Positions 40,101 to 51,900 of a stretch of DNA of 64,000 nt are shown here, piece by piece. Every line of letters begins with the position of its first letter. Positions within the stretch are counted from its first letter, which is position 1. Source of the stretch: Leucoraja ocellata. Its lineage: Eukaryota. Below the pieces are notes generated by a model that saw only the letters and a list, made by a program, of their open reading frames with translations, was not told the DNA's origin and ran no database searches. The DNA lies in NCBI GenBank assembly GCA_036785375.1, contig JAWMAR010000033.1, positions 10,292,001 through 10,356,000 of the forward strand, read 5' to 3'. A program made the translations under genes and the position numbers.

Positions 40101-41799
40101 CAAAATAATAATGAAAGAGCAATTTGCAAAACATTCTGGGGGAGCTCCTCCAGGTAACTCATGGGATTTCTATTCTAAAAGGATTATATATTTAAAAATC
40201 ATGATATAAATTGGATGCAAATGTGTTGTTTTTTTTACATCACATCCCCAAGACCAGAATTGCTCTGACTTTCCTCAATTACTTTTTTAACTGTCTGTCC
40301 AAAGATAATACTTCACATCCCCTCCACCATCAAATCACTCGACTGTGAGTTAAATTAGTTTACAATGAAGATCACCTTGTAAATTATTAGCTCACCAACG
40401 CTGTGTAGCCCGATCGATCAGGTGAATTTGGATCGGTCCCTTTTTCCAGAAAATTCTGCACCCTGCCGAGTTCACCATTACAGGCTGCTGACCAGATGCC
40501 TACATGGAGGGAAGAGGAAATATTCAGGCAGGAAATTTCCCAGTTGTATATCGAATAGAACTTACTCCATGTAACTCTCCCATTGAACAATGTACACTTC
40601 CTGCCCAATTGCAAATTAGCTACAACCACATGCACCAAACTCCATGACCTAAACAGCCTGCTCCTAGACCGCTGAGGACCATATAATCTCCCCTCACCCA
40701 TGATGCCTGTAAAGTTGCTTTATATTTATATTGCTGACTAGAGCCTTGATAGAGAGAACTTTGGCCTGGGAGAGTGTGAAACAGTCGTTTTACTCATCTT
40801 GACAATGGATCTACAGCATTATTGGTATCTCTCCAGCGCTTTGAGGTGTCTGTTGTTTGAAGGACGATCACTGCTGCCTAGTGAACCATGGGCTAGTGAA
40901 AGCTGTGGGCTTTGGATTAGAGGCCTTGATCTTGGCAATTACTTCTCTTTTTCAGTAAAACTATGTTTTCTCAGGCGGATAATCGCTTACTCAAGTGGAC
41001 ACAGAAGATTCCAAAGAACTATTAGGTAGACACAAAATGCTGGAGTAACTCAGCAGGACAGGCAGCATCTCTGGAGAGAAGGAATGTGTGACCTTTCGGG
41101 TCGAGACCCTTATTCAGACTGATGTCTCGACCCAAAACCATCCCCAACCTGTCTCCCATTACTTCTCTCCAGACATGCTGCCTGACCCGCTGAGTAACTC
41201 CAGCATTTTATGTCTACCTTCGATTTAAACCAGCATCTGCAGTTCTTTCCTACACAAAAAAAATATTAGATGAGAAAGAGGGGATTTGGTGCTGCCGTGG
41301 CCAATATTTATCTCTCTAATATCCTCAGAGGTACAGCATGCCCATGATACAGCCAGGAATATTCTGTGATTCACAAAATGAAAGTGAAAGTTCTACCTTT
41401 AATTCAACATGCATATGTAACTGTGTAGATACGCTGCCCACAGAGGGAATGTTGAGGAGAAATCAATGCAATGTTTGACGCTGTCAACATTACTGATATA
41501 CTGGGCGAGGTGGGAGATTGTAACCTTTGTGTTTTCAAGAGACCGCCCTGTTTCGACGAACGCAACCAACCCGGCGTGCACAATCAAATAAGATCAAATA
41601 GAACAAGTTGTCCTACAACTTTAGGCTGTGCACGCCTTGTGCAAGAAGAAGATATACTGGACCACTGGGGAAGTCAATGCTTGAATGGTTTTGTACCTCT
41701 GTCAAAATCCATTTCCTCTAATGTCTGCTGTACACTTCTTGGGACTGACGAGTCAAGAGAACAGCAGGTACAATCCAGACTATGGCTAGCCGAGGCCAT
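37196..41799 (-). CDS. ANKRD39: Ankyrin repeat domain-containing protein 39 (188 aa, 4 coding exons)
   Basis: Exons 41697-41799 ([26 protein letters not shown]), 40396-40499 ([22 protein letters not shown]), 38541-38744 ([31 protein letters not shown]) and 37196-37351 ([10 protein letters not shown]..stop TGA). Total 567 nt, all GT-AG and in phase. The [19 protein letters not shown] segment is characteristic of ANKRD39. Confidence 0.93.
38379..38421. repeat. Poly-G low-complexity tract
   Basis: About 40 G with occasional A, in ANKRD39 intron 3. Confidence 0.9.
41505..41650 (+). mobile_element. 5'-truncated retroposon with (GAA)n tail and 10-bp TSD
   Basis: TSD GATATACTGG at 41495-41504 and 41651-41660. 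It shares caatcaaataagatcaaatagaacaagttgtcctacaactttaggctgtgcac with the 23928 copy. Confidence 0.75.
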
Positions 41800-42649
41800 G
41801 CTTCTGGTTGGAAGTAGACCAGCAAAGACGAGCTGCAAGAGAAATTTACTATTACTATTTAAGCTCCACCCAGGTCCCTTCCAATCTTTCTGTAGCTGTC
41901 CCATCGCTCTTCGGCTCCTCATTAAAACCATCTATACTTACACCCTCTTGTAGACAGTTCTAAATCTCTGTTGGTGAAGATATTTTATGAAACCCCATTT
42001 TTATTTATTTGAGATCACCTTTAAGCTCGTTATTCGCCACAATCGAGGAAAGGTTACGGAAGGAGAGTGCTTACCCCTTTCAATTGGCTCGTTCAAACCC
42101 CGCGCCGATCTTTTCCCCGCAACCTGGTCGCTCGCATTCTCTCCGGTAAATTCATCTTCTCGACCGGTGACCCCCAAAAACAAAGGGTTGTACCTCTGGC
42201 CACGACTGACTGGGTCTTCAATAGTTGACCATATCCAGACTTTAAACGTTTTCACCATTGATACTGGCCGGTCTATAGTGTTCTTTCGCTTGCATTTTCT
42301 GGTGTTTTTAAATTATTTCGACACAATCTTTAAAAAGACTGGGTCGATGGACTTGCCAGGGGACTCGTCTGATGGTTCCTCGCCAACATTTCCACTCTTA
42401 GATTCTAGATCTTCTACACGTCACCACTTTGAAACCAAAGCTAACTGGTAGTGCAAACCTGTGAAACTATATGCCTAACCGCTGACTGGGTCGTTACTCA
42501 AACCCTAGAAGCAATATTAAAATTGAAGGACTGGAAAGACGTGCAATAAACTAAAGATGGCCGCAAAAACAGTGTGCACTCATGCAGACAAACCCTGGTG
42601 AGTCAGCACTCCCTATACCACCAATGTCAGCAATAACAGCCGTTTGAAC

Positions 42650-42680
42650 CAAAGATCTTAGAGCTGCTCTAGGATCTTTG
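42650..42680. mobile_element. 31-bp palindromic insertion with 8-bp TSD (hAT-like micro-MITE)
   Basis: GTTTGAAC | CAAAGATCTTAGAGC-T-GCTCTAGGATCTTTG | GTTTGAAC. Confidence 0.7.
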
Positions 42681-42728
42681 GTTTGAACTCGGACTATTTC
42701 TCAGGACAAACACCTCCATTTCACTCAC

Positions 42729-42900
42729 CTCTTGAAAACACAAAGGTTCACGATGTAACTAACAGTAAAGATACAACCAGGTCCGCAGCCAATCCGAGCG
42801 GAGGGGGAAGGAACCGAAGTGTATCCAAATTGAAATGTCTGGATTGCTCCAGAGGCGAAATTCGTGATCACGTTTCCTTGCGGTCGCGACGAATTGTTTT
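42729..42900 (-). promoter_or_regulatory. Putative non-coding first exon/promoter of ANKRD39
   Basis: CpG-enriched segment ending in a consensus donor AG|GTGAGT (exon ends at 42729). Candidate acceptors upstream of the ATG are at 41832 (tttctcttgcag) or 41803. The upstream boundary is a guess. Confidence 0.5.
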
Positions 42901-45900
42901 TGATTAAATGTATCTCAATTAAAAAAAATAAAAGTTCACCAATCAATACTTTCCATGTTAATCTTGTATGTGAACACCAGATGGCGTAAAACATTGGTAT
43001 TTGGTTAGGGTTCAAACATAAATCACAATTTCAATGGTCTCGACCCAAAACATCACCCATTCAATTAACTTCTAATAGGCGGAGTCGATCTTTTATCAGT
43101 CCGGCTGAATCTCAATCTCCCACCAAGTCAGTTTGCTGACAAACGTTCAATCCGGCTTCTTCTCGAAATACTTAAGGATTTCTGTTTTTAAATGGTTAGA
43201 TCTCAGGTATTATTTCATGCTCTTATCTTCAACAATGCAGTTCTGACAGCATTGCAATTGTAGTGGTTGCTAGACCAATATAATTGCTGATGAGGTGAAC
43301 TTGGAGGAAAGCCACAAATGTATTTCTGGCCGTAACAGAGACCATGTGAAGAGGAGTAATGCTAGAATAATCTGGGTGGCTTTCAACAACCCATTGTATT
43401 TGCCACCACCGCATAATACCATAAAAAGAGGTGGCAGGAGATGACACTAGTTCAGTTTATTGTCACGTGTACCAAGGTACAGTGAAACGCTTTTTGTTGC
43501 ATGTTGACCAGTCAGCAGAAAGACTACATGGTTACAATTAGGCCATGCAAAGCGTACAGATGCATGATAAAGGGAACAACACTTAGTGCAGGATAAAGTC
43601 CCTCAAAGTCCGATTATAGAAACATAGAATAATAGACGCAGGAAAAGGCCATTCGGCCCTTCATCAGTACCTGTTCCTGTTATCTTCCCATATCCCTTGA
43701 TTCCTTTAGCCCTAGGAGCTAAATCTACCTCTCAGAGGGTCAGAGGGTGCTGGTGGCCTTGCCAAGGCAGCTTGAGGAGTAGATGGAGTCAATGGAAGGC
43801 AGATTGGTTTGTGTGATGGTCTGGGTTGTGTCCACAACTCCCTGCGATTTCTTATGGTCTTGGATGCGCAAGGAGTTCAGCCTTGGGTTGTGGTAACACG
43901 CTCATTAGAGCGAGGTGGGAGGGTGCGGGTGATGGAGAGGTTGGGACGTTTGGGAGTTCAAAGTTTACATGAGCACGTAATCTAGGCTGACATTTCAATG
44001 TAGTGCTGAGGGAGTGCTTCCCTGTTAAATATAATCTGTTTAATTAGTTATTAAAATTTCCCTCTAAAGTAATTTAGATAATTCCATGGCACTAGTTTGA
44101 ATCAAATGGATGTTCCCGTTGGCTTGGCTAAATTTTAATCTCCTAACCAACATGACAGTACTCAGATTATTTGATCATTATCTCATTGCTGTTCACAAAA
44201 TGACTGCCCTCCAATTCTAAAGTGTCTAGATTTCTAAAATACTTAATTGGTTTTAGAGCACTTTCAGATGTCCCGAGTTTGTGAAAGATGCTATATTAAA
44301 ATTCAAGCACAAGAGAAAATTCTGTATTTAAAAGGTGCTGCTGTAAAACCAGCAGAGACGAAACAAAGCAAAACATGGACATTCCCTTTTCCTTTATACT
44401 CACACCCTTTAGTTAGAAGGTTCCAGGTTGAAGCTCGACTCTGGTATGTGATCGAGTGACTGTGGTTGACCAGCATTGGGGAAAGGGGGTTATTGTTGCA
44501 TAGTTGTAATTGAGACATTAAACAAAGACCACAGATACTACCATCAGGTTGATATATTAGATTCTGCATCACAATTCAAAAAACAGTAGATTGTCATGGT
44601 CAACAACCCATTCTTGATTATTACCACACAAAAAACTGCCACTTGTTTCATTTACAGTTAAGTGGGACTTTGCTCATTTATTTTCCTGTTGAATAGGTAT
44701 TGCACTTTAGAAATAATTAGTTGTAAAGCGTTCTGGGCAGTCCAAGGACCCAACTATAGAAACAATTAATCATAGAGACACAAGAGACTGCAGAGGCTGG
44801 AATCTTGACCAAACACAAAGTGCTGGAAGAGCTCAGTGGGTCAGGCAGCATCTCGGAGGAAATGGACAGTGTTTTAGGTCTCCCAACCAGAAATGTCATC
44901 TGTCGCCTGTCCATTCCTTCCAACAATGCTGCCTGAGAAAATATTCTTCCAGCACTTTGGGTTTTGCTAAATTCAGAATGGCTCTGTCCCCACTGCCTGC
45001 TGTTCAGATACTGTATGCTATGACTAGAACCACTCACAAGAAATAATACAAAGGATTTAACTTTTATAATTTTACTGTAAAATTTAAATGTCCTAATTTT
45101 ACTGTTCTGACAGTAACATTTTAGAAAACGAAGCAAAATAAAAAGCTGCAAATGTTGGAAAATTAAAATGTGAACAATTCTGAAAATACGCAGCAAGTCA
45201 GATTCTCACTGAACAGGTAGCATCAATGGAGTTAAAAAAAAAAGTTTCTCTTCCCACCGATGCTGCCTAACCTACTGAGATTTTATTAGTATTTTCAGCT
45301 TTTATTTTACATTTCAGAATCTGTCCTTCCCTGCCAACAATGATTCATGGCAAACTCCAACTTGAGAGTGCCAAATGGCTGCCAGTGTGTCCAGAATGAT
45401 GGTCTCTGCTCAGATAAGGGCTCCTGCAATTCGATCTGTGTCCTTGCAAACTATGCAGCAAATGTAATGCGAGGTATATTTTTCTTTGGATCTTTATCAC
45501 AAGCATGTAAGCCACCACCAGTCAATCTTGAGCTGAGAAAACAGAAGCCAAATAAATAAGGCATGTTTCCAGTTTACAATGATCCTTGCAAGTTCTCCTC
45601 AATCTGTGCAAATTGTTGACAGCCTCCCAGGCAATTGGGAAAATGCTAATTCAAATGTTTATATGATTAATCTTTTAAATACTGTGATGCGTTTTCATAG
45701 TCAAAATTGAACACTGCGTTGAGCTGAAATTGCACAGGGTTTAACACGTCAAGAAGTTTGAAACTTAGTCCATAAGTCTTCTGTCCAAGGGTTCCAAATC
45801 TGTGGAGTTTCAACCACTCTCATTCACCTTTAAAACAGACCTTCCAGGGTCTCCTTTGCGTTCCCTTTGAACGCTGCCACCGAACCTTCGTTTTTCTCTC

Positions 45901-45944
45901 TACCTGCACAGGAGGTAGAGGTGGAGACTGCATGAAGTCGGATA

Positions 45945-48900
45945 TCAATGTACATTGATGGTGGCTAGGGAGGGACTGAGTTCCATAGTCTGTTCCAGAG
46001 AGGATTGCTGTTCTCTATATTCAATGTGTCCATTCCGGTGGTGACCATACTCAAACTTAATCCTCATTTCTCCAATCTTTGATTTAGGCAAAATATCTGG
46101 GATCCATTCAATTATAAAAGGAGTAGGTGCTTTCTGGTCGGGAGACATATTCCCTGGATGAGAATAAAAGTTTCACAGTGAAATTCACAAAAAGGACAAA
46201 TTAACATAGCTTTAATCAAAAATCTGTTCCACATCTTGTTTTATCCTCAGGCATACACTGGCCAAAAAGGTTTTTAAAAAGCTTTTATTAAGTTCTATTT
46301 ATTTGATTTCTCCTGGAGGAATGACAAGAAAGAGTAGTCCAGATATGCCAATAGACTCTCCGAATAGAACTAATTCACAAAAAAAAAAATTAACAGCAGT
46401 CATGAATTAAGGAACAACGGCAGCATTAATATTCACCTTCAGATATTAAATGTAGAAGCACTGAACATCAGTCACCAGCAGATAAACTCACCTACTCTCA
46501 GGAAGGTCTTAAGTTCCAGTGGTCGAATAGTTGGCTGCTTTTCCATCCGACTGTAAGCCTCAGCAATACTTTCAACCTGAACCTTTGGGCACTTGAACAA
46601 CTCATAAGTGCCATCACGGTTTTCAACAAAACTGCGGGTTATCTCCAATGGCATCTGTAAGACAGAAAGGTTGGAACAATTGTTAGCAGTCCCGAGAGCC
46701 ATTTTCTGCTGTGCACAACTTTAATTAGATTAATACAATGTTAGCAAACTAAAATGTTTGTCTCCCAAACTTTCGAGTGGGTGATTTAAAAAAAAATGTA
46801 ATTTACCTAAGGCAGTGTTTTTGATTTGCATTTCATTTGCATGATCACCTGTTTCAGATATTCTGAAGAAGGGTCACGACCCGAAATGTCGCCTATTCCT
46901 TCGCTCCATAGATGCTGCCTCACCCACTGAGTTTCTCGCCTTTTTGTCTACCTTTAATCTTATTACTACTGTGCAGTGCAGAAAATGGCACTTGGGACTG
47001 GTCAGTTAGATGTTTATGATTCAACTTTTATTTGAGTGACTCGAGTACAAAAACCTATTCTGATACACCAAACCAATACCGAGGGCTGCCAGAAATAAAG
47101 ATTGGACACAAAATCACGAGAGAGTTATATCTCTGTGTCGTGGCAATATTTACCCTTCCAAAATCACAAATGACTCTTTGATTGTTGCCACATTGTGTTT
47201 CATGGTGTGTACATGCTGTGTACATATTGGCCAAAACATTGTCTACATTACAACAACGCCCACACTTCAAAAATACTTTGTTGGCTGCATTGCATTATAT
47301 AAATACGTCTTTTTTTCCAAAATTTGTTATCATATGGAATGTACTTCCAATTTTTTCCCCACACGTAATAGAAACAGATTCAGTAGTTACTTTCAACAGT
47401 GAGTTGGATAGATACTCGAACAGAAAACCTGCAATACCAGAGGGAAAGATCTTTGCTTTCACAGAATCCGCACAGACCAAAATGGGCCAAATGGCCTCTT
47501 CTATGCAGTATGATTCCATGACCAGTATATAGACCATGACAGCTCAATCAGTAAATAATTAAGCTATGTAAGATATACATTCTTATCTCCTCAGAAAGTG
47601 AAAATTTAAGGAACGGCATTCACTCCTGAGATCAAGATTTGTTTTTGTTCAGGGGGGTTATTGTTAGCACAAGAAGACACCAAAATGCTGGAGTAACTCA
47701 GCGGGACAGGCAGCATCTCTGGAGACAAGGAATGGGTGCGTTTCGGGTCGAGTCCTTCAGACTTTGAACCAGCATCTGCAGTTCTTTGCTGCACATATTG
47801 TTAGCACAATGCAGATTTCAACCATCTCTCTTTTTCAATTCCCCCCTCCCCCACGATCCCATTTTTAGAACCACTTCTGAGAGATGTAATACCTACCTCG
47901 GGGATATCAAATATCTGTTTGATATGAAGAACATTTGTGATCTGCCAGGTGTACTTGGAGAACGTTCCCAGAGGTAATGCATCCTTACGAACAAAACCTG
48001 AATTCAGGTTACAAACAGACAAAGGGAAAGGAAAGATAGTTAATTTCTCCTGCTATTTCCTGAGCCCCCACCAAACCAACCTCACCCCATGGCAGAAGTT
48101 AGTGATTTAAAACCAACTGTTCAATATGTAACTTCAAATAAGTAAAGGTCTCAGTGGTTGGTCTATTTCTCCCTTTACCCTTCTCAAATCTATTTTGTTC
48201 TATTACCGTCTACGTTTACCCCGCATACTATAACCAAGATATAGTCCTGGGGTCTGGTCTATTTTCAAGCTAGTATTCCACAATTGTCTCTAGTGCATGA
48301 TAGAGCATTTTGCATTACCTGTGGTGGAGTTAGGAAGGCGTTTCTTTTTACTTCCCATGGAAATTCTCTGCTGCAGAGCATCGAAGAAAGCCTGAGGGAC
48401 GTGGAACACCAACGGCTCAGGTTTGCCTGCATTAACAACAACCTGCATTGAAATTACACCCTTGATAACGTGAACTACAGCTTTCAATCATGCAACACCT
48501 CAAACAACAACTTGCATGTATAGTTCTCTTTAATGGCGTAATGTCTTTGCATGGTTTAGCAGAAATTTAATCAACCCAAATAAATCTTTTGACATCAACC
48601 CAAAGGAAGGCACCTTAGCGCAAGTGACTGACAGTATGGTCAATGAGCAAATGGCTTGAGAAACAGCTCCCGAAGTGAGTGAAAATTATTGCTGTAAACA
48701 CACAAAAGAGAAAAAGAGTCAGAGGTTTTGTTTTAAATTGTGTGTTGATGTAGAAAACTTTTAAAACACATCCCTTTCCTTCGCTCCATAGATGCTGCCT
48801 CACCCGCTAAGTTTCTCCAGCACTTTTGTCTCCTTTTCTTAGAATCTCTGAATGATCTCTGAGTGAATGATATATGAAACCAACATGCACACAATTTTGT

Positions 48901-51900
48901 GCAGCTTGGAAAGATCATGCTATGAAAAAGAATATTGGTGAATTACATCGGGTGCTGGTTAACACTGTCAAGGTTACTACTAAAATGCAGGAGCATTTTG
49001 AGAGGATGCTTGTTGAAGACAATATTCCCCAAATGTTCTGATATATAAATTAACTTTATGTCCACTATTTTAGTGGATTTGAATGTGATTCTAACTTCAG
49101 CAGGGCAGCCAACATCCTAAAGGACCCTTCCCACCCTGGACACAACCTGTTCCACCTGCTGCCCTCTGGCAGACCGTACAGGTGTTTCAAAACTCGCACA
49201 AACAGACTCAGAGACAGCTTCTACCCCGTAGCCATACGTGAACTTAACAGTGCAAAATAAGAAATAACGCTCACATTCAACTGAATGGTTCTACCTCAGC
49301 TGCTATTGTTATTTATCTGTAATTTTTTTTTAATATGTATACATTTTTACCTTTTCTTATATATTTAAAATTGCTCTTGTGAATCGCACCGTGGGATTGA
49401 CTTTTAAATTTCGTTGTACCATGTGCAATGACAATAAAGAGATTCATTCATTCATTCATTCATGTGATTCCAATATTTATTATGGGAACAAGCACAAAGT
49501 TTTTTTTCCTCAGCCACAGATTATAGTGATGAAAGTAACTGGTGTCTTAATGCACCATGTGGTCATCATTCAAATAAAATGGACGTGAAAATGGCATTGG
49601 TAATTTCTCCTAATAAACGTCACCACCAAGTAATGCAGCATTAAATTTTATTATTACAAAGCTAGACTATGATAAAATAAAAAGTTGTTGGTAGTACTGT
49701 ATTATCAGCAACAATTAGAAGACAATTCTACAATGCAAGAACCTTTGATTTAGTTATAGAGTTTATAAAAGCATATTGCTCACCATCAAATTGGTAATGC
49801 ATAGTTTGATTGATCCGTTCAGTGACACCAGCAAGCCAATCTTGAAATGACAAGTTCACTTGTGATTCATCTATGGGTTGGCTCACAGCTGAAAGAAGGA
49901 AGAAAGGTCTACAGTCTACATGAGCTGCTGCACCAAAGACAAGAACATTTATATGTTGGGTGGCTGGTACCTTTTCTTTAGGCATCAGCCATTATCACTG
50001 TGGAACTCTTTCACACTGTTGAAAAGCAAACCATACTCTACCCTAATGTTGGAAAGTGAGAAATAACCGGCAAAGGAATTTGGACAGGAACTTGCTTAGA
50101 AACTAATCCACAGCATAATATCTTAGTGTTCCACCACACCAAACTGCTGACTATTTTTTTTCTTTAAACCATTTTCAATGCAAACAGGAAAACCACAGCA
50201 AGTGGTTGCTACTGAGAGGGTGCCTTCTCATGTTAGAATTCCACAAATGCATTGTTGCCCACGATCGAACATCATTAACTTTACACCTACATATGTAGTA
50301 GGGCCATTCTAGGGAGAGTGAACCCGACCGTCACACACGTGACCAGGTGGCATCACATAAAGTAATACATTTAAAAACCCATTTATGTAATACATATAGA
50401 TAGACAGATGGTTTGCTGATGACCTGCATGGATTTGGTGGACTGAAGGGCTGTTACAGTGCTGTATCTATGACTGTGTTCTGATTTTGGGACAGAAGCTA
50501 AACGACAATGATAGAGAAAACTGGTTGATTAAAAGGAACAATTTGTAGGTGTGCAATGTCAGTCTATTACTGGACTATGCTGTTCCGTAGATTTGAGTCC
50601 AGTGGCTGAACAGCAAAGTCTGAACAGAGTTTCATTTCCTGATGGATAATAAGATGCAATAATCTGCACTTAACTGATGGCTTAACATAATGAAATGTGC
50701 TAATGCACTTTGCAAGAGCATTAATGTAATAAATCTTGATACCAAGTCACATAAGGACAGCTGAATACCTAGCTACTACTGGTGGAGTGATGAAATCAGT
50801 TGTTTTTTTGAAATAGAATAAAATGGCAGACTTATGCATTATGCAACAATATAGGGTTTCAATTCCACAGCAGGACAGAACCATGGCCGGAAGGAGGAAT
50901 CTAAACCGTTACTGACGTCAGTGAAGTCTGAAATGGTTTATGTGCTCCCATTAGTGATTTGACCTTGTTAATTGTGATGTTACCCAGGGGGAAATGTAGT
51001 GGTGTAAGTGCTTACCTGTTAAATCATCCTTTTTCCTCTTTTTTGTTTTTGAAATGGCATTGGCTGCAGCCTGAGCTGTGAAGTCCTGGGGGTAAATTGC
51101 CAGCAGTCGCCTCTCAGAATTCGGCTGAAGCCCTAATTAAAGTTGTAATCAATATTAGGTCAGCATCTCATAATTAATATTCATAAATTCAATAGTGAAT
51201 TAAGGAGTAAAATATTAATCCACAAAGAAGGCGAAAGATAACATTGATAGTTCAAAAAGCTATGTAGGTACAAGGTGCAGAAAGGAATGCATGTTTATGA
51301 ACATGGAACTTGGAACAGTACAGCACAAGAACGGGCCCTTTGGCCCACAATGTCTGTGCCGAACGTGATGCCAAAACCATCACTTATTTACCTGCACATA
51401 ATCTATATCGCTCCATTCCCTGCATTTAGCATTTGCTGACCCAAAAGTCTTTTAAATGCCTGCTTCAACCACCACCTCCAGCAGAGCATTCCAGGCACTC
51501 ACCACCTTCTGTGTAAACTTGCCCCGCACATCTCCTTTAAACTTTTCCCCTCTCACGTTAAAGCTATCCCCTTCAGTATATGAATTTTCCATCCTCTAAA
51601 AAAGATTCTGTAAACTGCTCAAGCAAAATATGAGATGCTGCTCCTCCAATTTGCGTTTAGCCTCACTCTGACAATGGAGGAGACCAAGCACATAAAGGTC
51701 TGTACAGGAATGGGAAGGAGAATTAAAGAGTTCAGCAGCTGGGAGATCAGGTTGGTTCACGAGGGCTGAGCGAATACCACATGCTTTCTTTACCACTCTG
51801 TCTATCATTGTTACCACTTTCAGGAAGTTATAGACTTGGACACCAAGATCCATCTACACATCAATACCGTTAAGGGTAATGCCATTCATTAATTGTGTAT

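Noticed and set aside
41471-42451. Plus-strand ORFs of 160 and 154 aa
   Set aside because: They are antisense to ANKRD39, partly made of a retroposon, and have no recognisable domain or splice support.
50190-50285. Possible intronic C/D snoRNA in C2orf42 (ATGATGT on minus)
   Set aside because: Box C is imperfect, and there is no well-placed CTGA box D or terminal stem.
50832-50927. Candidate missing C2orf42 exon after tttcag, containing the palindrome ACTGACGTCAGT
   Set aside because: The frame hits TAA before any good GT donor, and a lone CRE palindrome is not evidence of function.
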